NCBI GenBank assembly: GCA_044226625.1
Contig: JBGAGQ010000003.1
Coordinates: 96,001-160,000 of the forward strand
Direction of reading: 5' to 3'
Origin: Thermoanaerobaculia bacterium
GTDB taxonomy: Bacteria > Acidobacteriota > Thermoanaerobaculia > Multivoradales > UBA5704
Length of the DNA: 64,000 bases
Each line of letters starts with the position of its first letter. Position 1 is the first letter of the stretch. Positions 1-8,599 of this stretch are shown here, in pieces. The notes beneath the pieces are model-generated. The model had not been told where the DNA came from, searched no databases, and saw nothing but the letters and a program-made list of their open reading frames with translations. The position numbers and the translations under genes were made by a program.

Positions 1-860
1 GCCGCTGCCGCCTCGAACCCCACGGTGTGCGCGGCTACGAAGTCGCGATCCACCAGCCCTTCCCGAACGATCACGTGGAGCAAACCAAGGTAAAGCGCGA
101 TGTCGGTACCCGGGCGCAGCGGCAGGTAGAGATCGGCGTTTCGGCAGATCGGCGTCATCCGAGGATCGGCGACGATCAACCGCCCGCCACGATCCCTCAT
201 GCGCCAGAGATAGCTGGTGGTGATCGGCGCGCATTCACCGATGTTGGCGCCGCAGACCAGGGCGACCTGGGCGCTCGGGATGTCCTCCCAGGGATTCGGC
301 GATCGATCGACTCCCAGCGCCATCTTGTAGGCCGTTCCGGCTGAAACCATGCACAGACGGCCGTTGTAGTCGATATGCCGAGTTCCAAGAGCGACGCGGG
401 CGAACTTGCCCAGCAGGTAAGACTTCTCGGTCGTGAGTGAAGCGCCGCCGTAGATCGCGACCGCATCCTTTCCCGACGTCTCCTGAATCTTCTGGATTCC
501 CGCGACGACCCGACCCAGGGCCTCGTCCCACGTCGCCTTGCGGAAGCCCTCGCCGGCAACACGGATCAGCGGATCGAGCAAGCGGTCGGGATGGCTCCCT
601 TGAAGGTATCGCTTGACACCCTTCGGGCAGAGCATCCCCCGGTTGAACGGAAATTCCTCCCAGGGCTCGAAACCCACCACCTGATCGCCGCGAACCGCGA
701 GTCGGATCCCGCACTGCTGACCGCAGAAACAGCAATGCGTCTCGACCAACCGGTCCGGAGCTGTTCCGGCACCGGCCTGCCACCCACCAGGCGGCGCAAA
801 CGCGAGGTGTGGACCATAGAGATCGGACAGCTTTTCGGCGTCGGTCGGAAGCTCAGCCAT
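1..860 (-). CDS. Molybdopterin oxidoreductase catalytic subunit, NasA/NapA-type nitrate reductase-like (5' part; runs off the left edge)
   Basis: Not in the ORF track (no stop in window). Manual translation from ATG 860 (GGAGG RBS): MAELPTDAEKLSDLYGPHL...THCCFCGQQCGI...LCPKG ([4Fe-4S] motif) and IDYNGRLCMVSAG (Cys Mo-ligand motif of the NapA/NasA group); adjacent to a NarK transporter. Confidence 0.85.
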   Translation of the reverse strand, partial: MAELPTDAEKLSDLYGPHLAFAPPGGWQAGAGTAPDRLVETHCCFCGQQCGIRLAVRGDQVVGFEPWEEFPFNRGMLCPKGVKRYLQGSHPDRLLDPLIRVAGEGFRKATWDEALGRVVAGIQKIQETSGKDAVAIYGGASLTTEKSYLLGKFARVALGTRHIDYNGRLCMVSAGTAYKMALGVDRSPNPWEDIPSAQVALVCGANIGECAPITTSYLWRMRDRGGRLIVADPRMTPICRNADLYLPLRPGTDIALYLGLLHVIVREGLVDRDFVAAHTVGFEAAA

Positions 861-914
861 CGCGGCCTCCCGTTCGCACGTACGCTAGGTGTTCGTCTAC
901 GAGGCCGCGAAGCG

Positions 915-3170
915 TCACGCTACCCCTCCGCGAGGGGTCTGGAGCGCCGCCATCTGCGCCTGGCCGAGCGAGATCCGTTTGCACGCCGGGCAGAGGGCCT
1001 GCCACCGCCCCCACCGTTCGGCGCGACCTTCCAATCGGTAGTCGAAGCCCATTTCGAGAAGCACCTGCGAGAGATCGTCCATCTGCATCTTGGAGGCGAA
1101 CCGCTCGCCGCAACGGACGCACGACGCCCCCTCCCCTTCCGCACCCGCCCGCTGGTAGAGCTTCACACCGAGCTGGGCGGGTCTCTGGAACACGTGGAAC
1201 AGCTTGCCGAACGGTAGGAACAGAAGGGCTCCCACGACCGTCACCGCGTGGAACTGAGCGAGAAACTCGTAGAGCGCCCCGTTCAGGAAGAGCGTCGAGA
1301 CCGTGAGGGCTAGACCTGTCACCGAGATCGCGAACAGGAGGATCAGCGGCAGGAAGTCCATTGAAAACGATTGGACCGCGAGAGCGCCGCGGTCGCCCAG
1401 CCTTCGCCACAAGGCGAGCGCGATGCCGCCCAGGACCAGGACCGCCGCCACGTCGAGGGCATGGAAGATCAACCAGGCCAAGGGGGTTCCGAGCGCAAAC
1501 GAGAACGACGGGAAGCCGAACAGGAACGCGACGTAGCGGTCGGCTCCCGCGGCGAGGCTCGGATCGCTTTCGAAATGGATCCAGCCGAAGACGAGAGGAA
1601 AGGTCACGGCCGCGGCGAGCAGGCAGCCCCAGAACAGCAACTGATGCATCCACCACCGGAGCCGCGAACGCTGCCGGACGAAACGTTGAGCGAACAGGTG
1701 CGTGACCGCTGTCTTGCCCAGTTCCACGAGAGAACGGACGACGCCACGGCTCCGAACCAGGCGGAAGCCCTGGCGCCAGTAGGTGCGGGTCGGCGGCTTC
1801 TGGAGCCAGACCGCGTAGTGAAACGCGACACCCCAAGTCGCGAACACGGTGGCGAACGTGTAGACCACGAGGGCGGCGTCGAAGTGCTGGAGGTTCCGCG
1901 AGCCGACGACGATCGCCGCGACCAGAAATCCGGTGACGAGCGTCGCGATGGATCCGGCCCGCAAGCGGTCGGCTGCGCGGGCAAAACCGGGCGGCAAGGT
2001 GCGGTCGTCTTCCTTGGCGAGAAAGATCCTTCGGTTGAGCCACCCGAGCAGGAGCGCCGTTGCGGAAAGCAGCGCGAAACCAGGCCAGAGAACGCCCAGG
2101 CGATCCCGGAAAAACCCCAGCAGGAGCGGCGGGAAAAAGCCGCCCAAGCCACCCATTGCGCCGACCAGACCGGTGACGGACGCGGTGTCGGCGGGGAAAT
2201 ACTGGGGAACCAGCTTGAACACCGCGCCGTTTCCCAGGCCGAGGAGGAATGCGCAGCCGAGCGCGCCGACCGTGAACGGAACCATTCGCGGCCAGGCGAG
2301 GAGCAATGCGAACGGCACGACGCCCGCGAAAATCCACGACAGGACGCGCGCACCGCCCACCCGATCGGCGAGCCAGCCGCCCACCGGCCGCATCAGGGTC
2401 GCCAGGACCACGAATCCGGCGGCGCGGAAACCGGCATCGGCGGGCGCCAAGCGGAACTGATCCTTGAGCAGAGAGGGCAGGTAGATAGAGAACGCGACGA
2501 AGCCGCCGAAGGTGAGGAAGTAGAACAGCGAAAGAACCCAAGCGAGCCGCTCGCGCGCGAGCAGTCCCAGCAAGGCGCCCAAGCCCTTCGGCGCGGCCCT
2601 TGCCGGCGCGTCCCGCGCGAGAAGACCGAAGGAGATCCCCCACAGGACCAGGAGGAGCGCCACGGCTCGAAACACCGGCTGCCAGCCCCAGGCGGCCGCG
2701 ATGAGAGGGCCCAGGAACACGGCGGCGGACTGGCCGACGTTTCCCAGCCCATAGACGCCGAGCGCCGAACCCTGACGCGACGGCGGGGTCCATCGAGAGA
2801 CGTAGCCGACGCCGACGGGAAACGAAGAGCCCGCGAGACCGAGGAAAAACGCCACGACGAGGAGCGACCGATAGCTGGACGCGGCCGGGACGAGCCAAGC
2901 GGGAATCGCGACCGCGACCATCAGGATCGAAAAAACCCACCGCCCGCCGAAGCGATCGGCGAGCAGACCCACCGGAATCCGTGCGAGCGCGCCGAGCAAG
3001 ACCGGCACGGCCACCAGGAACGCGGTCTCGGTCGCCGAAAGGGAGAACTGCTCGCGAAACCGGGGAGCGAAGGCGGAGATCAACCCCCAGGCGGCGAAAC
3101 AGACCGTGAACGAGAGGGTCGCGAGCCATACGTGCCGAACGTTCGAAACCGAGCCGCCTTCTTCGCTCAT
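915..3170 (-). CDS. NarK-family nitrate/nitrite MFS transporter fused to a NarI-like membrane domain with C-terminal CxxC...CxxC
   Basis: First ~385 aa: FAAW, GALARIPVGLLADRFGGR, GNVG, LGLGNGAVFKLVP, GGLGGFF (NarK/NNP motifs). Remainder: WMHQLLFWG, AQFHAVTV, LPFGKLFHVFQRP (NarI-like His pattern), CVRC and CPAC. Confidence 0.85.
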   Translation of the reverse strand: MSEEGGSVSNVRHVWLATLSFTVCFAAWGLISAFAPRFREQFSLSATETAFLVAVPVLLGALARIPVGLLADRFGGRWVFSILMVAVAIPAWLVPAASSYRSLLVVAFFLGLAGSSFPVGVGYVSRWTPPSRQGSALGVYGLGNVGQSAAVFLGPLIAAAWGWQPVFRAVALLLVLWGISFGLLARDAPARAAPKGLGALLGLLARERLAWVLSLFYFLTFGGFVAFSIYLPSLLKDQFRLAPADAGFRAAGFVVLATLMRPVGGWLADRVGGARVLSWIFAGVVPFALLLAWPRMVPFTVGALGCAFLLGLGNGAVFKLVPQYFPADTASVTGLVGAMGGLGGFFPPLLLGFFRDRLGVLWPGFALLSATALLLGWLNRRIFLAKEDDRTLPPGFARAADRLRAGSIATLVTGFLVAAIVVGSRNLQHFDAALVVYTFATVFATWGVAFHYAVWLQKPPTRTYWRQGFRLVRSRGVVRSLVELGKTAVTHLFAQRFVRQRSRLRWWMHQLLFWGCLLAAAVTFPLVFGWIHFESDPSLAAGADRYVAFLFGFPSFSFALGTPLAWLIFHALDVAAVLVLGGIALALWRRLGDRGALAVQSFSMDFLPLILLFAISVTGLALTVSTLFLNGALYEFLAQFHAVTVVGALLFLPFGKLFHVFQRPAQLGVKLYQRAGAEGEGASCVRCGERFASKMQMDDLSQVLLEMGFDYRLEGRAERWGRWQALCPACKRISLGQAQMAALQTPRGGVA

Positions 3171-3240
3171 TTCGCCTCCGCGTGACCGCCAGGACCCTGG
3201 AGGACCCCGGCGAAGTGCCGCGCCGTCCGATCGGGTGGGA

Positions 3241-4143
3241 TTATGGCATTCTTCGGAAGCGCTCCACCGCCATTTCGCGCTCCCGCTCGCGCCGGGCGGC
3301 GGAGCCTCTCTCGCGATCGATCGTATCGATCGAATCGTCGGTCCCGGGGGCGACGGCGGGGCTCGAGGCGCCGCTGGTCCCGGCCGGCTCGATGAGCCCC
3401 GCGCGTTCGAAGTCGGCCCGCGTCGAGCCGCCGGTGAGCCCCGAGCGCATCACCGCCTGAATCGCCTGCCTCTCGAACGAATTGAGGGAGCCGATCGACG
3501 AGCTTCCGGGGTTCGCCATCAACGCGTTCGGCATCTGGATGCCGTCGAGATGGCAGAGACCCAAAATGCCGTGCGTGAGCTCGTGATTGTGGACATTGCC
3601 GCCGAAGAGATGGCGCGTGACGGTCCGTGAGCTCGCGAGAACACCGGGCGCCTGGAACGTGTATCGCGCGCAACCTCCCGTGCCCGGCCGACAGAACGCG
3701 TCGACTTGCGGATCGCTGAGCGACGTTCCGGTGACCTCGAGGAATCCGGGGATCGGATCCTCTTCGTCGGTCGTCACGATGTCCAGCGAGTAGGCGCCGG
3801 CGATCAGCCCGCGCAGGTCGGCGAGGTAGCCGTCGACGTTGCTCCGCTCTCCGGCCGTGAGCGCCGTGCTCAGCCGGACGCGGATCCGGCTGCCGCGCGG
3901 GAAAGCGCGCCAGAAGCCGGTGTCCGGGCAGGTGTTCCCTTGCGAGGGGCGTAGCGGCCCCTCTCCCAGGAACAGGGCCGCGATCACGTTCGACGAGGTG
4001 AAATTCGTGTTGGGAGGCGGCGGGCTGGTCGGAGAGCCGCCGTTCTTGCCGCAGGCGAGCCCCGACGAGACGGCGACGAGGACACCGGCGACGAGGCGCA
4101 ACGATCGGAGCGTCCACATCATCCGCTTCGCCCGCTTCGGCAT
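3241..4143 (-). CDS. Lipoprotein with metzincin-like zinc metallopeptidase motif
   Basis: Lipobox SGLA-C; HELTHGILGLCH followed by ALM Met-turn-like motif. Confidence 0.6.
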   Translation of the reverse strand: MPKRAKRMMWTLRSLRLVAGVLVAVSSGLACGKNGGSPTSPPPPNTNFTSSNVIAALFLGEGPLRPSQGNTCPDTGFWRAFPRGSRIRVRLSTALTAGERSNVDGYLADLRGLIAGAYSLDIVTTDEEDPIPGFLEVTGTSLSDPQVDAFCRPGTGGCARYTFQAPGVLASSRTVTRHLFGGNVHNHELTHGILGLCHLDGIQMPNALMANPGSSSIGSLNSFERQAIQAVMRSGLTGGSTRADFERAGLIEPAGTSGASSPAVAPGTDDSIDTIDRERGSAARREREREMAVERFRRMP

Positions 4144-4173
4144 CTTTCGCTTCCTCGTCGAAGGAGTCCCGTT

Positions 4174-5256
4174 TCAACCCGGCAGGAAGTAGAACACCAT
4201 GCCGAGGATCAGATACACCGCGAGCAACTGCGCTCCCTCGAGCCAATTCGATTCGCCGTCGCTCGCGATCTGCGTCGCGACGGCGATCGCCACCGTGACC
4301 GCGAGCACCTCCGGCACCGAGAACACCAGGTCCATCGGCTGGGGAGCCACCAAATAGGACAGCAGGACCAGGAGCGGCGCGACGAAAATCGCGATCTGCA
4401 CGCTCGAGCCGATCGCGATGCCGATCGACAGGTCCATCCGGTTGCGCCGGGCCGCGAACACCGCGGTCGAATGCTCGGCGGCATTGCCGATGATCGCCAC
4501 GACGACCACGCCGATGAAGACTTCGGTCATGCCGAGCGAGCGCGCCGCCTCTTCGACCGCGCCGACCAGGATCTCGCTCATCCAGGCGACTAGGGCGGTC
4601 GCGACCGCCAGGATTCCGAGCGCCTTGCCGATGCTCCACGGCGGCCCGCCCTCACCCGGCTGCGAATGCCCGCCGTCGCCCGCGAAAAGGCTCTTGTGGG
4701 TGAACAACGCGAAGATCAGGCCGCAGACGTAGGTCGCGAGCAGGACCCACGAGATGTCGAACGACAGCCGCCCTTCGATCAACAGGGCGTCCTTGCCCGC
4801 GATGTGATGGAACGCCGCCGGGGCGATCAGGCCGACCGCGGCGAGCAACAGCATCGTCGATTGCGACCGGGCGGCGGTGGCGTTGAACCGCTGCTGCTTG
4901 TACTTGACGCCGCCGGCGAGGACCGCGGCGCCGAGCACGAGGAGGATGTTGCCGAGGATCGATCCGGTGAGCGAGGCCTTGACCACCGAATAGAGCCCCT
5001 TCCGGAGCGCCATGATCGCGATGATCATTTCGGCCGCGTTGCCGAAGGTGGCGTTCAAGAGACCGCCTACCCCTTCGCCCGCGTGCTCGGCGAGATGTTC
5101 GGTCGCGCGCCCCATCCAGCCGGCGAGCGGGATCACCGCGGCGCAGGCGAAGAAGAAGATCAGCGTCTGCCGATCCGGGGCCGCATGCTCGAGCCACGCC
5201 GCCATCGGGACGAACACGAGCAGCCAGGAGAGAGAGGGACGAAGCCAGGTCTTCAT
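4174..5256 (-). CDS. chaA: Ca2+/H+ antiporter (CAX/ChaA family)
   Basis: Two alpha repeats [10 protein letters not shown] and [24 protein letters not shown]; about 11 TM helices. Confidence 0.93.
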   Translation of the reverse strand: MKTWLRPSLSWLLVFVPMAAWLEHAAPDRQTLIFFFACAAVIPLAGWMGRATEHLAEHAGEGVGGLLNATFGNAAEMIIAIMALRKGLYSVVKASLTGSILGNILLVLGAAVLAGGVKYKQQRFNATAARSQSTMLLLAAVGLIAPAAFHHIAGKDALLIEGRLSFDISWVLLATYVCGLIFALFTHKSLFAGDGGHSQPGEGGPPWSIGKALGILAVATALVAWMSEILVGAVEEAARSLGMTEVFIGVVVVAIIGNAAEHSTAVFAARRNRMDLSIGIAIGSSVQIAIFVAPLLVLLSYLVAPQPMDLVFSVPEVLAVTVAIAVATQIASDGESNWLEGAQLLAVYLILGMVFYFLPG

Positions 5257-5356
5257 GACGAGAACGCGTAGTTTACGTCGTCAACGGGTCGTCTTTGAAC
5301 CCATCCCCGCGGCCGGCGCGCCTCCGGCGCTGCTCTGCTAGAGTCCGCGCGCCTCC

Positions 5357-6304
5357 ATGACTCCCGAGCTTTCCGTGATCCTCGCCGTCGGCGAGCGCCG
5401 CGATCGTGTGCGGGGCTGCCTTGCTTCCCTGCTCGCCCAGGAAGGGATCGAGCGGATCGAAATCCTGCTCTTCGACCTCGCGTCCGGCGATCCGGAAGCG
5501 ATCCCAGGGGCAGACCATCCGAGCGTGGTCGTCCGGAGGCTCCCCGCATCGACCCTCTTTTCGGTGGCGAAGGCGCGCGGCGTGCTCGAGGCGCGCGCGC
5601 CGGTCGTCGTCTTCGTCGAAGAGCACTGCCGCGTTTTTCCCGGCTGGGCGCTTGCGCTGATCGACGCCCACCGAGAGCCTTACGTCGGGGTCGGGCCGGA
5701 GGTCCACAACGGCAATCCGGACGTGCCGTTCTCGAGCTCGATCCACCTGCTCAACTACCAGATGTTCTTTCCGGGTACTACGCGCGGCGAGCGCACCATG
5801 CTGCCCGGGCACAACAGCTCGTGGAAGCGAGAGAAACTCCTCGCCTACGGCGACCGCCTGGAGGAGTACCTTCGAGCCGAGATCGTCCTGCATCTCAAGC
5901 TGCGCGCGGACGGACATCCCCTGCTGCTGGAACCGGCGGCGAAAATCGCCCACATTAACGAGAGCTCGTTCCGCAGCACCTCCCTCGGTCGCTACCTGTG
6001 GAACCGGATCTACGCCCATGAGCGCGCCGCGGCGTTTTCCTGGTCGGCTCTTCGCCGTGCCTTCTACGTGGTGGCGACTCCGCTCGTGCCGTTCTACTCG
6101 GTCGTGCGGCTCGCGCTCTGGCTCGCCGCCGAACGCCCGGACCTGCTCGGCCTCGCGATCCGCTACCTACCGCTCCACTTCGCGGTGGCCTTCGCCTCTT
6201 CGTTCGGCACCTGCGTGGGCCTGGTGGCCGGAACCGGCGACGCCGAAGCCCGGTTCACCTGGTTCGAGATGAACGAGTATCGCGCCTACGAGGAAAGGCG
6301 ATGA
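5357..6304 (+). CDS. Glycosyltransferase family 2 with hydrophobic C-terminus
   Basis: PELSVIL...CLASLLAQ..., GVLEARAPVVVFVEEHC (GT-A fold, DxD position reads EEH); ATGA overlap with next gene. Confidence 0.8.
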   Translation: MTPELSVILAVGERRDRVRGCLASLLAQEGIERIEILLFDLASGDPEAIPGADHPSVVVRRLPASTLFSVAKARGVLEARAPVVVFVEEHCRVFPGWALALIDAHREPYVGVGPEVHNGNPDVPFSSSIHLLNYQMFFPGTTRGERTMLPGHNSSWKREKLLAYGDRLEEYLRAEIVLHLKLRADGHPLLLEPAAKIAHINESSFRSTSLGRYLWNRIYAHERAAAFSWSALRRAFYVVATPLVPFYSVVRLALWLAAERPDLLGLAIRYLPLHFAVAFASSFGTCVGLVAGTGDAEARFTWFEMNEYRAYEERR

Positions 6305-7215
6305 GCTCGGGCTCTCCGGCCCCGGCGATCTCGGTCGTCATCCCAGCCTACGACTCGCACTCGACCCTCGCCGCCTGCCTCGAGGCGCTCGAGCGCCAAT
6401 CCTTCGCCGACTTCGAGACGATCGTGGTCGACAGCGGTCCGAACGGCACCTCCGAGCGGATCGTGCGCGAGCGGTTTCCACGCGTCCGTTTCCTGCGATC
6501 CGCCGCCCGCCTTCTCCCCCAGGCGGCCCGCCGGCTCGGCGTCCGCCACGCGGTGGGCGCGGTGATCGTCTTCACCGATCCCGACTGCTACGCCGATCGC
6601 GCCTGGCTCGAACGGCTGCTCGCGCGCCATCGGGCGACCGGCGAGGTCGTGGTGGGCTCGCTCGCTTGCCATGGCGGGCGGCTCTGGGACCGGGCGATCC
6701 ACCTCTGCAAGTTCAGCAAATGGTTGCCGCGCGGCACGGCGCGGCCGGTCGACATGGCTCCGACCGCGAACCTATTGATCGATCGCGAGCAGCTTCGAGC
6801 TGCGGGCGATCTCGAGGTCCACGACGCGCTCATGGGCGACGTCGAGCTGTCGCGCAATCTGCTCGCCAACGGACGCACGCTCTGGTTCGAGCCGGAGGCG
6901 GTCGTCGCCCACCATCACGAGCAGTCGCTCCGAAGCTTCGTCCGCGAACGATTCGTACGCGGCCGGCGCTTCGGCGAGCTGCGCGCCGCTTGGCTCGGCC
7001 GCCGGACCCTTCCGCTGCTCGGGTATCTCCTCGCCACGCTCCTGCCGGTCCGGATGGCGCGGATCACCGCCTTCGTGGCGCGGGACGCCGCCCGTTCAGC
7101 TCAGCTCGGTGCGTTCATCGTCGGGCTGCCGGTCGTCCTCGGCGGCCATTGTCTGTCGCTCGCGGGCGAGGCGGTCGCTTACGCCTCCGCGCTCTGGCCG
7201 GCGAGCGCGACCTGA
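6301..7215 (+). CDS. Glycosyltransferase family 2
   Basis: ISVVIPAYD, IVVDSG, VFTDPDC (DxD), GDVELS, WFEPEAVVAH. Confidence 0.9.
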   Translation: MSSGSPAPAISVVIPAYDSHSTLAACLEALERQSFADFETIVVDSGPNGTSERIVRERFPRVRFLRSAARLLPQAARRLGVRHAVGAVIVFTDPDCYADRAWLERLLARHRATGEVVVGSLACHGGRLWDRAIHLCKFSKWLPRGTARPVDMAPTANLLIDREQLRAAGDLEVHDALMGDVELSRNLLANGRTLWFEPEAVVAHHHEQSLRSFVRERFVRGRRFGELRAAWLGRRTLPLLGYLLATLLPVRMARITAFVARDAARSAQLGAFIVGLPVVLGGHCLSLAGEAVAYASALWPASAT

Positions 7216-7253
7216 GAGGCGCTCGGCCGCCTCGCGCGGCCAACCGAAAGGGG

Positions 7254-8558
7254 TCAATGGCCCCGGGCGAGCCGGATGCCGGTGAGCTGGAAGCGCGTGT
7301 CGGCGGGCCAGAAATTCCGGTAACTCGCGCGGATGTGACCGCGCGGCGTGGCGCACGAACCGCCGCGCAGCACCCGCTGGTTGTCCATGAACTTCCCGTT
7401 GTACTCCATCAAGTTGCCGTCGAACGGCGCGTAGCCGGGGTAGGGCTCGTAGTGGCTCGTGGTCCACTCCCAGAGGTCGCCGGACATTTGGACCAATCCA
7501 TCGACCGCGGGCGCCGGCCGCGGATGGAACGCCCGGTCTTCGAGGTGGTTGCCGGACGCGGGGTCGAAGCCGCCGTGCCGCGCGCCGTGCTCCCATTCCC
7601 GTTCGGTGGGCAGGCGGGCGCCGCGCCAGCCGGCGTAGGTCTCCCCTTTCCAGCGCGCGAAGGCGTCGGCCTCGTAGAAGCTCACGTGCGAGACCGGCTC
7701 GTCCGGGTCGATCGCCCGCTCGCCCGACAGCGTCCAGAGCGAGGCGTCCGCGGCACCCTGTTCGAGCGATTGCCAGTAGAGCGGCGCGCGCCAGCCTTGG
7801 ACCTTCACTTGGCCCCAGCCGTTCGAGAGCCAGAGCAGCGGCTTCTCGTAGCCGCCGTCGGCGATGAACTCGAGGTACTCGGCGTGGGTCGCGAGCCGGT
7901 TGGCGAGAGCGAACGGGTCGAGCCAGGCCTTATGAACCGGCAGCTCGTTGTCCCAGCACCATCCCCCTTCGAGGTTGCCGATCTCTACCAGGCCTCCCTC
8001 GAAATCCACCCAGCCGGCGCGGGTGCCCGCATCTCCCCCAGCCCGAGGCTCTCCGGGCACCTGAGGCGCGTAGACCGCGCGCAGCTCGGGCGGATCTGTC
8101 GCGAGGATGTGCTTGACCTCGGTGATCATCAGCTCTTGGTGCTGCTGCTCGTGCTCGAGCCCCGTGCGGACCAGGAACGAGAAGCGCTGCCAGTCGCCCT
8201 CCGGCACGGCGCCGATCAAATTCTCCATTCGGGCGTCGACCGACGCGCGATAGGCGCGCACTTCGTCGTTGGTCGGCTTCGTCAGCGAGCCGCGGCGATG
8301 CCGCTCGATCCGCGGCCCGACCGATTCGTAATACGAGTTGAGGACGAACTCGAGCCGCCCGTCGTCGCCCACCTCGCGTCCCCAGGGGGCGAGCACGTTG
8401 CGCGCGAAGAACCAGCTGGTATGGCCGAGGTTCCACCAGGGAGGGCTCACGTCGGGCATCGACTGGATGCGCCACGCTTCCGGCGCGAGCGGATGCGCGA
8501 GCTCGAGCGACAGGCCTCGGACGTTTCGGTAGGCCGCGAGCAGGTCGTCTCGATTCAT
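7254..8558 (-). CDS. egtB: Sulfoxide synthase EgtB (ergothioneine biosynthesis; DinB-like plus FGE-sulfatase domains)
   Basis: QSMPDVSP..W.LGHTSWFF, HEQQHQE iron ligands, RLPTE.EWE, EYNGKFM, RGGSCATP, YRNF. Start placed at ATG 8558 behind GGAGG. Confidence 0.85.
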   Translation of the reverse strand: MNRDDLLAAYRNVRGLSLELAHPLAPEAWRIQSMPDVSPPWWNLGHTSWFFARNVLAPWGREVGDDGRLEFVLNSYYESVGPRIERHRRGSLTKPTNDEVRAYRASVDARMENLIGAVPEGDWQRFSFLVRTGLEHEQQHQELMITEVKHILATDPPELRAVYAPQVPGEPRAGGDAGTRAGWVDFEGGLVEIGNLEGGWCWDNELPVHKAWLDPFALANRLATHAEYLEFIADGGYEKPLLWLSNGWGQVKVQGWRAPLYWQSLEQGAADASLWTLSGERAIDPDEPVSHVSFYEADAFARWKGETYAGWRGARLPTEREWEHGARHGGFDPASGNHLEDRAFHPRPAPAVDGLVQMSGDLWEWTTSHYEPYPGYAPFDGNLMEYNGKFMDNQRVLRGGSCATPRGHIRASYRNFWPADTRFQLTGIRLARGH

Positions 8559-8599
8559 CGCGTTTCCTCCCATCGGCGGCATCGGGTGGTTGCGGGCGG

